Assembly (NCBI GenBank): GCA_977018835.1
Contig: OZ361257.1
Span: 5,146,001 to 5,210,000 of the forward strand
Direction of reading: 5' to 3'
Length of the DNA: 64,000 bases
Origin: Minutocellus sp. GHC0000111
Lineage: Eukaryota
Numbering within the stretch: position 1 is the stretch's first letter; each line of letters begins with the position of its first letter. The notes beneath the pieces were generated by a model that made no database searches, was not told where the DNA came from, and saw nothing but the letters and a program-made list of their open reading frames with translations. Of the stretch, positions 34,310 through 47,303 are shown piece by piece. Made by a program: the position numbers and the translations under genes.

Positions 34310-37300
34310 ATGGACGGCTCGCAGCAGCATCGTCGTGGTCAACGAAGCCGTGTCGTCAACGGCGGCGGCGATGACGACGGTGCCGGTAGCCAAAGCAGCA
34401 GCCGCCGTTCACGTCGGGGGTCCATGAACCACAACAGCGGTAGCCATCAAAAGCAGCAACGCATCGTCCGGCACCGCCGGATCCGACGCATGTCGACCAA
34501 CTTCTTCAGCGACAATGCCAGCACCGGCGCTCTGTCCAGCGGACCTCTGTCGTCCGGCCGGTCCGTCGGTTCGGCCCGGTCCAATTTCACTGGCGTCAGC
34601 TCGATGGGGTCCATCCTGAGTTCCGACGGCACGTACGAGGTGGCCGTCGATTCGCGGGGACAGTACAACTACCACGGCCAGGCCTACGCCTCCTCCAGCA
34701 TGCGCAAGGGCGACGCGGCCATGTATCGGCTGATCGAGACCGACGTCGAGGCCGCCCTGCCCAACCCCGCGGTGCGGAGGGTGGTGATGCTGTGCCTGTC
34801 GGGCTTTTCTTTGGTGTTTCAGGAAACCAACGTGCCCAAGGATGATGGGTCGGTGGCCGGACAGGGCTCCTCCGGCCGACGAAATGGACATCATCATCCC
34901 ATGGTACCCTTTTCCTACACGCGGATGCCGGGGGTTCCGTCCGGGGCGGCGAGGATGCTGTGGCGGGCCCTCATCGGTAGTCTCGTCCATCCCTCTACGG
35001 TGTACAGCGACGATGAATCGGTCGATTCTGTCACCGGGTTGCCATTGGTTGAGTGGGATACCGACCCCGATCACCCTGATGTGGCCGTCCATCGCGATCC
35101 CAGTCTTGATGAGGACACCCTCGATGCCTTCTTCGATGCCATGGACCGATGGGCGGCGGGGGAGGATGTCAATGCCACCGAAGATACGGCCAATGCCGAC
35201 AAGTCCAAGAGGATGAGCTTGGGTCACCTTTTTGGCTTTGGATCGTCCGCAGCGGCAACACCGGCAGCTGCTGCTGCCGCCATCGATGCATCGGCACATT
35301 CGGTCGAGTCCAGCAGCTATCGGAGGCGACAGCAACGGAGAGGATCGATGGCCAGCAACAACAGCGCTGGCAATATGAGTGCCCTGAGTGCCGTGACGGA
35401 TGGCACCGAGGACGATAGTTTCATGGGTGGTAGAGGACGGGCACGCATCGGTGCCATACACATCACGCGGAACCGCACGGCTGACACACTGTACAAGTTC
35501 GTCCGCGACGAGCTTGCCGCGATCGGTTTCATCGAGGTGGTGGGAAAGCGCGATGATGAGGAGATGTGGTCGTACTATGACGAGATTGAAGACAGCGACG
35601 ACGAAGAAGTGAATGCTGCCGATGAAGGCAATAGTAAGGACAGAGCATCAGCCACCAACAGTTCACAGAGTGCCCCGCCCCAAGATGCAATTGCAATGAT
35701 AACTGTATCGTCGGTGGCGTCGTCTCTGCCGATTGGTGCGGAAGTTGAGGTTGGAACATTTGCCTCGGGTAGTGAGTTTACCGCACGGATAAGGACAGAC
35801 GAGTCCGATGCCGATGTTTCGGGTTGGAGAAGGCGGGAAAAGAAGAAGAAGCGCGCCAAGTCTCGGCGGAAGCGAAGGACGCAGTACCTGCAGATACAAC
35901 GGGATATGCAGCATCAATATGGAGTGCATCTGTCGTCTCGTCTGATCGACGATGGTGGATTTGCTCAACCTTACTGGGATCCTGATCTAGAGGATGATCT
36001 AGATTCGGATGATGGTAGCGCCATGGCTGCCATTGCCAGAGAACATGCTACCATGCAGGCATGGAATAGCTTGATGGCCGACGAATGTCTGAAGAAGCAA
36101 TATCGAAAGAGGCGTGTTCGGAAAAATGCCGGGGATGGAGTGGGAGACTACAGCGATGACGATGATAACTTGCTCGTCGGATTCCCATCTGAGAGCGCCA
36201 ACGAAGAAGACGATGATGCTTTGTTGGCTGACTTTGGCAATGCGCGAAGCAGGAGGAGAAGGATAGCGAAGAAACGTGCCAAGAAATTCGAGGACTTACC
36301 TCCCCACGAGCCCTGGATTTTTCTCGAAACAAGAAAGTGGCCACTCGACGATGGAGCACGATATGCGCTTCACATGCTTCCGGCCCACTTAATGAGGGCC
36401 GGTCGCAACATGGAGACGGCCAAACTTCTTCGCGGAAGCAACTTCTTTGCGGGCCGTGTGCGCGTCATGGGCGCCCAAAAGGCAGCTTTGGTACACCTGC
36501 AGGATCTTGAAGAGCTAGAACGGAGGGTCTACATGGCCCTTGAGAATTATGCAGAGGGTGACGAAGAGGCGGAAATAGACCTGGAAGAGACACTTCTCGT
36601 TAGTTGCGATTCAATGGTGCGTTATTTGACCAAAAAGTATGCCTACATCAAGGTGGTGGAGAAGGACGACCAAGAGCGAGGCGGTCAGGAATCTTCTGAA
36701 AAGCGGCGCGTAGAAAAGGTACGGGGCGAAAAAGTCCGCGGTGAAACAGGGCGGGCTCTCCACAGCATCGGCTGGTTCCTTGGACGGAGGGATTATTCCG
36801 AAGAAGCTATATCCTGCTACAAGAAGGCTCTTCGCTTCAAACGAGCGTCGATGGGCTCCAGACATTACAGCCTGGCGGGCACGCTCCTTAATTGTGGCAA
36901 CTTGTATCTCGACCGCAATGAATTCCAGGAAGCAATCCGGTGCTATGTTGATGCGCTCAAGATTGAGAAGAAGAAAAAGTCCAACAAGGCCAACATAGCC
37001 ACTACTCTCAACAGCCTTGCCATGATTTACGGCATGTCGTCGCAGTATGATCAGGCCATCAAATGTTATGAAGAGGCCCTTGAACTCGAAACTAGGAGCT
37101 CTATGGAAACAACAACTTAAGATGCGCAGAGTGTTTGAACAATCTAGGCATTATTCATGGCATCAAGGGCGAATATGCGGAAGCCATTAAATGCTACTCT
37201 GCTACTCTGCGGATCAAGAGGTCACAACTGGGAGATACACACCCAGAAGTGGCTGATTCGCTCTTTTCGATGGGCATTGTTCATACCAAGATGGGAGACT

Positions 37301-38328
37301 TTGCATCGGCGGTTGACTGCTATCAATCGGCGCTCAGCATACGAAAGGAAATCCTCGGCGCCGACCATGAAGAAGTGGCCCGGGTACTGCATTGTTTGGG
37401 CATCGTGCTTGGAGATATGGGCGAGGTGGAAAATTCCATTCGGTGCTACGAGGAAGCATTGCGCATTCGCCTCCTCCGGTTAGGCGACGAGAGCGAGGAT
37501 GTGGCGCGGACCCTGAACAACCTCGGGCAGTGCTATTATCGAAACGAGGACTACAATCGGGCCTTGGAGTGTTTCAAGGGCACTCTTCGCGTTAGCAAGA
37601 AGAAGCTCGGTGATGATCACGAAAAGATTGGTGATACACTGAACTCGATGGGAGAAGTTTATACCAAGCTGCGAAAGTTTCAGGAAGCCCAAGAACACTT
37701 CCTCGGAGCTCTGGCAGTGCGACGAAAGACGCTCGGTGACGACCACGTCGATACTGCCACGACCCTTCATAATCTTGGCGATGTGTACTATATGATCAAT
37801 GACTACGACAACGCAATGAAGAGCTACCAAGAGGCCTTCCGCATCCGCTACTTCAAGCTGGGCGCGGATGACGTCGACACTGCCTATACTCGAAACAACA
37901 TGGGCGTGATCCGGCTCAAGAGAGGTGAGAATCAGGAGGCATTGGAATGCTTCACCGAAGCCCTTCGGGTGCGGCAGGCATTGCTTGGCAAGACGCATGA
38001 GAAGACATCTGATACATTGCATAATTTGGGGCTAGTATACAAGAATCTGAAGGAGTATCAGAAGGCCATCGACATGTACAGACAGGCATTGGAGATTCGC
38101 CAGGCCAAAGCCAACGGTGACAGCTGCTTGAAGAGCGCCGACACACTCTACAACATAGGGATCGTGTATGCCAACAGCAACTTTGATGACAAGTACATGC
38201 GCGCTTTGGAAATGTTCCAGCAATGTCTGGATACATATCAGGATGCTGGCCTGGCAGATGATCACCCCAGTATTCAAAATACCACTCAGTGGATTTCGTG
38301 GGCGACCAAGCGAATGGCAAAGAAGTAG
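34310..38328 (+). pseudogene. Large TPR-repeat (nephrocystin-3/kinesin-light-chain-like repeats) protein, single-base frameshift near 37095
   Basis: Tandem 42-aa TPRs (A.TL.NLG..Y...G.Y..A); adding one G at 37095-96 gives ETRELYGNNNLRCAECLNNLG and joins the two ORFs. May be a sequencing error. Confidence 0.7.
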
Positions 38329-38517
38329 CGGCACATCAATTTTGAGTTACTGAATGTAGTTCGGCCGTTGTAGTAATGTAGCTTCTAACCCTACATGTAC
38401 TGTATCTTTATGTGTTATGTTTGGAACCTAGATTTACTGCATATACATTCAACTCCAGCAATTCTTTTCGTGTTAGCCGCGGATAAAAAGGTAGGTCTGC
38501 CCCATTACTTCTGATAG

Positions 38518-39147
38518 CTACGTAGCCTTCTCTTGCAGCAAATCCACAGCTGCCGTCAGCCATTCATTGGCACCGTCGTGAAACGTCAGGGTGGCGTCTC
38601 CCTCCTCATCGACTCCCAGCTCAAAGCCTGCGCATTGTAAGAGATCCATGGCATGATCGCCACCGACCGCAAAGACCCTCTGCCTAACATTTGGGTTGGC
38701 AATACGAATGCGACGACGGCGTCCCCCGGGTTCTTCGGCCATGGCATTCTTGAGCAGGAGAGATAGGGAGGTGAGGCAGAGAATGCTGTTCGTTGTAGGC
38801 TCCATCACCGCGCAGTAGTACAGGTCCATCCCCTTCCGCTTCCACTTGCCCTGATCGCCGTTGGGGTCGATGTAGGAGAAGTTGTCAGAGTGGGCGGGAT
38901 CGGCCAGGAAGGAGCAGACAGTGGCAATGAGGCGGAGAGAGGAGCCATGACGGAGGATGAGGCGATTGTTCCGATTCTTATTTTCGGCGACCGCGGCACT
39001 CGTACCCGAACCGCTGGTGATGGACGAGCTGCCCGCCATAGAGTCGAGCGAGATTTGGGCCTCCTCGCCGGTGGGCGGGATGGAGATGCTGGTAGTAGTA
39101 GCGGCGGCGGCGTTGCCGTGGGCCTTGGCGGGTTCGGTCGTCATCAT
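38518..39147 (-). CDS. PUB-domain protein
   Basis: LLLKNA...RRIRIANPNVRQRV...AMDLLQCAGF motif. Confidence 0.7.
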   Translation of the reverse strand: MMTTEPAKAHGNAAAATTTSISIPPTGEEAQISLDSMAGSSSITSGSGTSAAVAENKNRNNRLILRHGSSLRLIATVCSFLADPAHSDNFSYIDPNGDQGKWKRKGMDLYYCAVMEPTTNSILCLTSLSLLLKNAMAEEPGGRRRRIRIANPNVRQRVFAVGGDHAMDLLQCAGFELGVDEEGDATLTFHDGANEWLTAAVDLLQEKAT

Positions 39148-39402
39148 CTTGCTTCTCAAAATGAAGCAACATGCAAAATCATTCTCAAAGCAAAGATCAC
39201 CGTACGATACGTACGTCAAAAAGGGAGTCGAGTCTCCCAAAAAAGGCGAGGGAAATCTTATGACTTGCATTGCGGATTGCGGATCTTTACTCGGTTCCAA
39301 AGGCATGTCAGACCATGCGATCTTGGCTGGTCATCTCGTCATCTCTGCTCTCGGCGCCCCAAGCCGACCACACCGAGCGAGAATAGAGCCAGTCCACCAA
39401 CG

Positions 39403-39855
39403 ATGGCACAGTCCCTCGACAGAGACACGCTCCTTCGATCCGCCCAATCGCTCTGTGACGACTTTGCCAACAAGGAACCACTCGACAAAGTACTGTCCAA
39501 CTTCTCCACGCAGCAAGGCGGCAACAATATCTTTTGCTTCGAACACGGCGATGCCAACTCATCGGTGCCATTTTTGTGTCGGCCATTTGCAGGCATGTGT
39601 GGTGCCCGGCAGTACTTTGAAATAATTGCCAGTCTGCTTAGTTATACAAACATGAGGTTTACGGATTACTTTGTCGATGTGGAGATGGCGGCGGTTTCGG
39701 TTCAGGGAAAGGCAACCTTTACATGGAAGAATACAGGGAAAAGTTGGGATGAAGTGTTTACCTATAGATTGCGGTTCGACTCGGATGGAAAGGTGACCAA
39801 ATATGAGGTTTGGGCCGATAGCTTGGCGGCATACTTTGCCAGTAGACCTACGTAG
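39403..39855 (+). CDS. NTF2/SnoaL-like fold protein
   Basis: 150-aa ORF with EHG, PFL.RPF.G, GKATFTWK.TG.SWDEVFTY, YEVWADS motifs. Confidence 0.75.
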   Translation: MAQSLDRDTLLRSAQSLCDDFANKEPLDKVLSNFSTQQGGNNIFCFEHGDANSSVPFLCRPFAGMCGARQYFEIIASLLSYTNMRFTDYFVDVEMAAVSVQGKATFTWKNTGKSWDEVFTYRLRFDSDGKVTKYEVWADSLAAYFASRPT

Positions 39856-39921
39856 TAGATTTATTTGCATATCAATGCTCTACATTGTGCCTGATAGATT
39901 TGGATATGCTGGTGTCAAGGA

Positions 39922-41096
39922 TTATAACTTGCTCAACCGAAAGTCGTGAGCTGGGACAAACTTATCGAAAAATTCCTATAGGCATGTGTTGACATCATAA
40001 GCTCTCTCCTGCTGAATCCAATGTCCCGCACCTTCCAACATAATCAAATCAAGATTCTCGCAACACATTTCCATTCGTTTCCTTACAAATTCTACACCTC
40101 CATGCGCTCGAATCACGCCATCTTCTTCGCCCGCAATGAATAGCGCAGGAGGACAAATGTTAAAATTGTCCAAATCTTTCAATGCCCCCCAGTTCATATC
40201 GAGCGCTTGATACCACTTGAGGCCACCAGCAAAGCCTCTCATATTGAATTCCTCTATGTAAAAGTTCAGATTATTATGGGATAGCCATGGTGGGAGCTTC
40301 ACGGGCCTCGGAAGCCGCGTCCACCAACCAGGGGCCGATGATGCATCAAATGTAGTATTGCTTTCACGTTGTTCTTTTTCTCGCTTGGGTAGAAACATTC
40401 GCTTATCCGATACCTCAGGAGTATCGTCAAAGCAACCCACTCCAGGTTGGTAGGAGTATAATCGAAACAACGCTTCTACGACATTTCTATCGTATTCTTC
40501 TGCTGCTCAAGGGAGACAATGATGCAACATGTAATGAAATTTGGCATTCCGTCTCTCTTCATCGGACGTCATCGCATCCAAACACCTGCCATACCGTCTT
40601 TGCAATTGTTGCAGGGGTCCATAATGCTTTGGCGACTGACCTACATATGGCACCGACATGCCACATACCGCCAGTACTCGATCTGGATGCAACAGTGCAA
40701 TCCTCCAAGCCAACCACGAACCAAAGTCGTGTCCGACGACCACAAAGCGCTCGTGGCCCAGCACCAACGCTATCGATATCACATCGTTCGCCAGAGTGTG
40801 GACATTGTAGTCTGACACATTTGTGGGGGCGTCTGTTTGGCCATACCCTCTCATGTCGGGCGCGCAGCATCGATATCCCTGGGTGGCAAAGAATGATAGC
40901 TGATGCCTCCAACTGTAAAAGGACTCTGGCCACCCATGCAGAAACATGATGAGTGGTGGAGGAGGTGGAGGGGTGGAGCCGCCGGACATGCTTGTCGGCG
41001 TCGTCGCTTGGTTACTACCGGTATTGGCCACGTCGTTGCAACGCGATGCGATATCCCATTCGCTTCGATTTGTGAGAGGATCATGATGGGGCCCAT
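39922..41096 (-). pseudogene. Soluble epoxide hydrolase (alpha/beta hydrolase) pseudogene with C-terminal SKL
   Basis: HGWPE, APDMRGYG, GHDFG, GHWIQQE. Lesions: frameshift after IEANGISHRVA (~41030), TGA 40509-07, TAG 39978-76; the frame ends ...RLSKL*. Confidence 0.85.
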
Positions 41097-41801
41097 TGCG
41101 CTGCTTCTCGGATTGCCTCAAGGTTATGGCAGCGTCAGACGCCCTGCAAGCAGGTACTGTAATGGCTGCAAGTTCCCTCATTTTAGCTGCTCGGCATTCG
41201 CCAGCCAGATTCGCCACTGCTTTCGTACGATACGTACGTACGGCTCAAAAACGACCCGGAAGAGAAAAGAGCCGCTGCTGCTGCTACATCGCTATCGAGT
41301 GTCGAGGTGGCACAAATCGAGCGGCCGGTCGGTACCGAGGATCAGCCACGTTGATTGATTGGACGGACCTGCCACGCCAATCCACCGTCGCTCTCGAAGA
41401 TCTCTACTGTCTCCAGGGGAGAGGATTTGAAGGCGTGTTGGCGACGAAACGTCTTTTGGATTGAACCAAGCAAGTGCAGCTGATCGTGCCTTGATTTTTA
41501 GGCGAAAGAGGATTATTAGTTAGAGCCGAGGCAAGACTTCTGCCCCTCATCATCAGACGGACAAACAAAAAAACGCACGGGCACCACACAAATCCACGCT
41601 GCAAGCTTTTAGACTCGATAAAAAGCGGGCACGTGGGTACTGGTCCGTCGGTTGGCTCGCACGAACTCAGATAACTGAACTATTCGTGTCAGGACCCCCC
41701 CAAATAAGAAACTGCCGAGGGCAACGAGCGGCCGTGCCGTGTGTGTCAAACGAACTGAACCACACGCTATTATCAGCCGCGCACAATATTCCTAAAAGAC
41801 C

Positions 41802-44560
41802 ATGCCCGTGTATCTTTGTCGGCCGGGCCACGCCTCGTCGGAACCGTGGCGCCACGGTGTGCAAGTTTACGCGTACCCGTTCCGGATTGACGGGACCGCC
41901 GCTGCTACTACTGCTCCTACTGGTACTGGTACTGGCACGGCGGGAACCATTGGAGACGATGGCAGCAGTACTACTGCGGCTGTCGTGGAGAGCAGTAGCG
42001 AGGGCGTGGGAGATGGGCGTGGCAGGATTGCTCCTGCATCTTCGGGTTCGGGTGATGACCGACCTTCCGAGGCGGCTGCGGCGGCAGCAGCGGCGGCAGC
42101 GGCTGTCGCCCTGACCTCGGGCGTCTCTGCAGGAGGCCAGCAGGGACCGACCGCCAGTCGCGCCAACCGCCGTCGGACGGCCGCCAACGACCCCACCACG
42201 GCCCTTCTGACGTTGGACGACGATGCCACCCCCGCCAATGTTACCGACCGGGCGGCATCGGCCGGGGTCGGCGTTGCCGTCCGCCGGGTCCGACACGCCG
42301 AGGTCGTTCTGGCCGACGAGGTGTCGGCAGCGTACGGGCGGTACTGGCTCCGTCTGCGCTGGCCTGGACCCCGGGGGGGCGTCGCTGGGTACATTGCCCT
42401 TGGCGTTGTCCCTCCGGAGGGTCCCGTCGGTGGTGGTGATGAGCTCTTCAGCAGCGATGCGGGTGGTGGTGCCAGTCCGGACACAAATAACGCGGAGCAG
42501 CGAGAGTTGGTGGCCGCCGTAGCAGCTTCTGGTGCTGTGTCCGGAGAGCGAGAGTTTCGATACAGGACGCAAATGTCGGGTAAGCTTATTGCTTGACTTA
42601 CTTTCTTTTTTGTTGCTCGAGGAAATATCTATTTCTATTGTCTTCATAAATGTGAACATGCAATATCTCACTTCTCTTGTTTGTATCCACATTGCCATGT
42701 ACAGAGGTATCTGACTACCCCGTCGGAACTCCTTCTCGGAATGATTCCATGACAGATGTGCCGCAGCAGCAGACTATCGATGCACCTGATACTGCACCGG
42801 GCTATGGTGGTGTGGCAGGTAGCAGTGAACCGAATTCTGGCGCTGCCACGCCTACGTCGGCTGTCGCATCCTCGCCAATAGGGGCGTCAAAGTCAGATGA
42901 GGGATACAGCCAACCTCCCAAGTGTGAAAAGACCGGGCTGTACTTTCCAAGCTCGGCGGCAATGGAATTGCTTGCATCGTACGATGATGGGCTCTTCCCA
43001 CCATCCCGGCGGAGAGCGGATAGTGGCGACTCCGAGGGCGACCAACCGAATCATCTGGGAGAGCAAATTGGGGGCATATTCCACCCACATCCGCCAAGAG
43101 ACGATGGTTCCATCGTTGGGGGCAGCGGTGATGCCACCAATGGTGGTGAGCCCGTATTTTGTCGCATCTGTCGCGAAGGTCTCCACGATGTAAATTATGA
43201 TCTGGACGCTGCGGCGGGAGATAATGGAGGAGGCCCGCGTCAGAGGTCGAATGACTTCCAAGCCGGCATTGTCGTCCCTCCGCCTCAGCCCCAGCGGCAG
43301 GCGGGAACAGCTGCTGGAGACAATGCCACGGCAATAGCGGGACACGATCATCGTCCCGACCCACCAGGCCAGCTAGCTACGCAGCAGGCTCAGCAACCCA
43401 TTGAGCCACCATCGGCGGAAGTTGCTGCTGCGGCTGCAGCTGCTACCAAGGCATCAGCGATTGTTGCGCATCATCCGTCCGCCGAGAATCCGCTCCTTGC
43501 GCCGTGCCTTTGTACTGGGTCGATGGCATTTGTGCACTACCTTTGCGTGGAGCAGTGGTGCTGCCGCTCACGCCATCCTGCCGCCAAGAATGGTCTCAAT
43601 TGCGAAACGTGTGGTGGGGCCTACACCCTGCCTCCTCCGCCAACTCGTCCGATCGCCGGTTCTGATGAAGCTGATTGGCTCGAAGCTATGCCGGCGCATG
43701 TCCTTGCTGCTCTACGCCGTCCTCATCCCTGGTGGCAGATCGGCACCGCCATTGTTCGACGGCGGTGGCTCCGACCCTTGGCCCCGATTATTATGAGCCC
43801 TATCGTCGCCCTTTACTGCCGTGCCCGCCGCATGCTCAAGAAGCGCGGTGTTTCGCGTCGTCGTTGGGCCTGCAGCCTTTGCCGCCGTCGCGCCCGGTGG
43901 AAGTGTGTGAGATGCCTCCGTTCGTATTACTGCTCTCGCCAATGCCAAAATGTCAGCTGGCACATTGTGCACAAACACTTGTGCTACAAGCCGGTGCGAT
44001 TCTGGTGGTCGCTTGTTGTTTACGGAGGTGCTACAGTGCTTGCTTTCCCTGGAGTTCTTCGTGATCCTGTCGTCTACGACCTCGGTCTCAGCTGCCTTCT
44101 CGGTTCCTTCGTCGTTATGGGTATCATCGGCGGGAGCATCGCGACCTCTCTCAAGCGCGGGTTTGGCATTGACATTCGAGGCAGGTCTCTTGAGCTCACC
44201 GTCGTTGTCCTCACTCTCTGGATGACCTGCGTTGCTTGGGGCCTAGTTTGGGGATTCTTTGGCGAATCATCTCGCTGCTGGGGATCATTCTCTGGTGTCG
44301 CGGATCTGCTTTCGATTGGCGACGGCAATGAGGAGGTGGTTATTGGAGTTGACTTCAATTGGGAGAGCGTCGCCAATGGCATCCGTGTTCCAAGAATGAA
44401 GGCGGCCGCCGGTGCAGATTTTGCAATTTTTGGACGGACCGCGTTGGTGGGAGGAGACTGTTGCGACGGACAGACCATGAAAAAAATCGGAGGAGACGAA
44501 AGAGAATCTCAGCCTCAACGAACCCTTCCAGTCAATTCACTCTTTAGATCAATAACATAA
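41802..44560 (+). CDS. RING-CH (MARCH-like) + MYND zinc-finger membrane protein; intron 42580-42704
   Basis: CRIC...PCLCTGSMAFVHYLCVEQW...CETC; CSLC...CVRC...YYCSRQCQ..SW...HKHLC; TM helices. Confidence 0.8.
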
Positions 44561-44564
44561 GTCT

Positions 44565-46335
44565 TTAGATCATTAGCCTAGCCATCCCATCGTCATCAGG
44601 ATGTCCATCCATCCCTACAGGCATCGTTTCTGCAGATCCAACGATGCTTGGTCTTCTTCTTCCGTACTTTGTAAGCCATTCAGTCGCCGACAGCGTTGTC
44701 AGTTCTTCTTCATTTTGCTTGGTCTTTAGCCTCTCGTCGTGCCGTTGATGTCTCTCTTCTGCTTTCCAGCACCACCGCTCGCCAAAAGATGTGTCCAATG
44801 TAGGCTGCTGTATAATTCGGAGGTCAGTGCTAAGTTCTTTCCCGAGTTGTTGCCGGCAACGTTCCAAGGCCGAGAGAGCAGCCTGATAAATTTCTGGATT
44901 CTCACAAAGTATGCAGCTTCGATACTGACCAATGCCCTCTGCGTGCTTGCCATGAGATCTAACCTTGGTTGGTTGGATCATGCATGGATAAAAAACAATC
45001 AAACAAGACATCGTAGGGGAGAACATCGGGGTCAAAAATGACTTTCACTACCTCCGCGTGCCCGGTGTCTCCATTGCAAACATCTCGATAGGTTGGTGAT
45101 TGCGCACTGCCTCCAGCGTAAGCAGTCTCGGTAGCAAGTACGCCGGGCAGACGACGTAGCGCAAATTCAACATGCCAAAAGCACCCCGCTCCCAGCGCTA
45201 CCGACTCATATCTAACAGCTTTGGTGAGCAATGCCTTGAGCAATTTGGTTGACGGTGAACCATTGGCATTCTCGATGCCATCCAAGGTTCGATAAGAAAC
45301 CGGCCGCGATGCAGAAGGTACATTGTCGTCCCCATCTTCATTTTCCAACGGGATAAAGCGAAGAGCACTAGCATTGATGCAATAACCATCCGTTCCAAAG
45401 TAGTGGCCGAGATGACAAAAACTTCGTGCATCTATAACCTCCACACGTTGATCCGGCGATTCTTTATCTGGTTCGATATGCGTGACATGGTCAATACCAA
45501 TTGGCCTGGTAAATGTTAGCCACCCCGAAGATCCAGTCATTGGTGAAAGATCCGTCGATGCAAAGAGCGGCAGGCCACCAATGGCACACACAAAGACACC
45601 TGCAGGGATATCCGCTTGGCCCGCTGCTCCTCGAAAGTCGTGGCCATTGCTGGTCATCTTGCACCCCGGAGGATCTGTCTGTCCATCCAACAAAACTCCC
45701 TTGGAATGTTCATTACATGCAACGAGGGTCTTTGCCTCTGCAAGGATGGCATCTCTCGGTAATGGTGCAATATCGTAACCCAACGAAGACAGCTGCATGC
45801 TGTTACTTCCTACAGCATCATCAGAATCACCCCACTTTGGTCGGTACTGTCCCTCCGCATTGGCTGCATCGACGTCAAATGCTGATATAGGCTCCGACTC
45901 ATCCGGATCCAGAAAGCTCCAACCATTCTCCACCAATACCTTCTCTTCGCCACGAATCATCGGAATCCATCTTGGGGCTTCGAATTCGTTGCTGTTTCCT
46001 TCGATGACTTCTGGACTGGAGACAAGCCTGAGCATGCCTGTTGCTCGAGATAGTTCGTATACAAACACAGCCCCGCCGTGTACAGAGTGCGACTCCTCTT
46101 CAGTAAGTACACGTGCATATCCCGACGATTGAAGAGCAGATAGCAACTGACGTTCCTCGTCCTTTGAATGTGACCCGCTGACAAGAACAGCTGTTGCTGA
46201 TGTGGCTGCACCACCATTCAGAGAATTACCAGAGAAGCATTCCACCTGCTGCGTTCGCTGACAGAGGAGACAGATGGCGGTGGTGGCAATGGCAACGCGC
46301 CGAGAGTTACCAGCGAGCCGAACAGAGAGACCCAT
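44565..46335 (-). pseudogene. Plastid-targeted MsrB-MsrA fusion (methionine sulfoxide reductase), 4-bp duplication frameshift
   Basis: MsrB: SGWLTF, HLGHYF, YCINASAL; MsrA: GCFW, GHAEVV, HDPT. Removing one CCAA (44965-44976) restores HDPTKVRSHG...GQYRSCI. Confidence 0.8.
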
Positions 46336-46528
46336 CACAAACGAGCACTCTGCAAAATAATAAGCATCAAGAAAAGTGAAAGTAGCGCACGCATACGCAC
46401 GCGTACCGTACGTACGAACGCTCGTACCGTAAAATAAAACTGCGCCACCTCATTCTGCTCCTACATGAATTACCTAGGTACATGTATTACCCGCTCTTGG
46501 TCGGCTCAACGCAAAGAATTGATTAATC

Positions 46529-47303
46529 ATGGTGTCCAACCGCAAAACACGTGCATTGGCGCATGCATGTGTCGTCTCAGCATCCCTGCCGTCGGCTGTT
46601 CATGCCTTTACATTCGGTGGTGTTGATGTCTCTCCTCCCTCGCAACATTCGGCGTCATTGTCCTCGACTATAATATTATCGTCGTCTGCTGGTGCTGACA
46701 TGGATGCTGCTGTGCCTCGATCCAGCAAGCTCAGTGACAAGCAAGTGTTTCTCGACTCTTTGGATGATCCCGTTTCTACATTGAATCCGGCAACCAAGGA
46801 CCGAACGGCATTGCTAAACAAATTGGCTTCATCACCATCGAGAGAGAAGCCTGGCAGCTGGGAGGGATTTGGGCCAGTCGCAAAAGGAAAATGGAGAGTT
46901 ATTTACGCACCGCACATGACAACAATGGCGAATTTGGCTGCTGGTCAATTTCAGGTGGAATATGATTTGAACGAGGACGGAACGATGGAGAGCCACGCCA
47001 GATATTCCTTTCCGATTGTTGGGGAGGGGTACCTATCCGTGAGTGGTACATACGGAAGTGTGGATGATACAACCTGTCGAGTAGATTTCGACGAAGCGTG
47101 GGTGAAGCAGCTGCATGAAGGTACTGCCGATGAGCCGTACGCATCCATTGACGATGTTCCAGAATCGTTGGCAAAGACAATCATTCGTCGGTTGGGGAGA
47201 CTATTCTTCTTCGATGGCGTGTCTGTGTTTCCAGTTTGACGACGATTTGATTGTCTTTGACTTTGAGCTCCTGGGTACGAGAATAACTGCGAGGAAGATG
47301 TGA
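46529..47303 (+). pseudogene. Plastid-targeted PAP/fibrillin-like protein with a frameshifting lesion near 47235
   Basis: VHA|F presequence, GKWRVIY; C-terminal DDDLIVFDF...RK lies out of frame. Confidence 0.55.
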
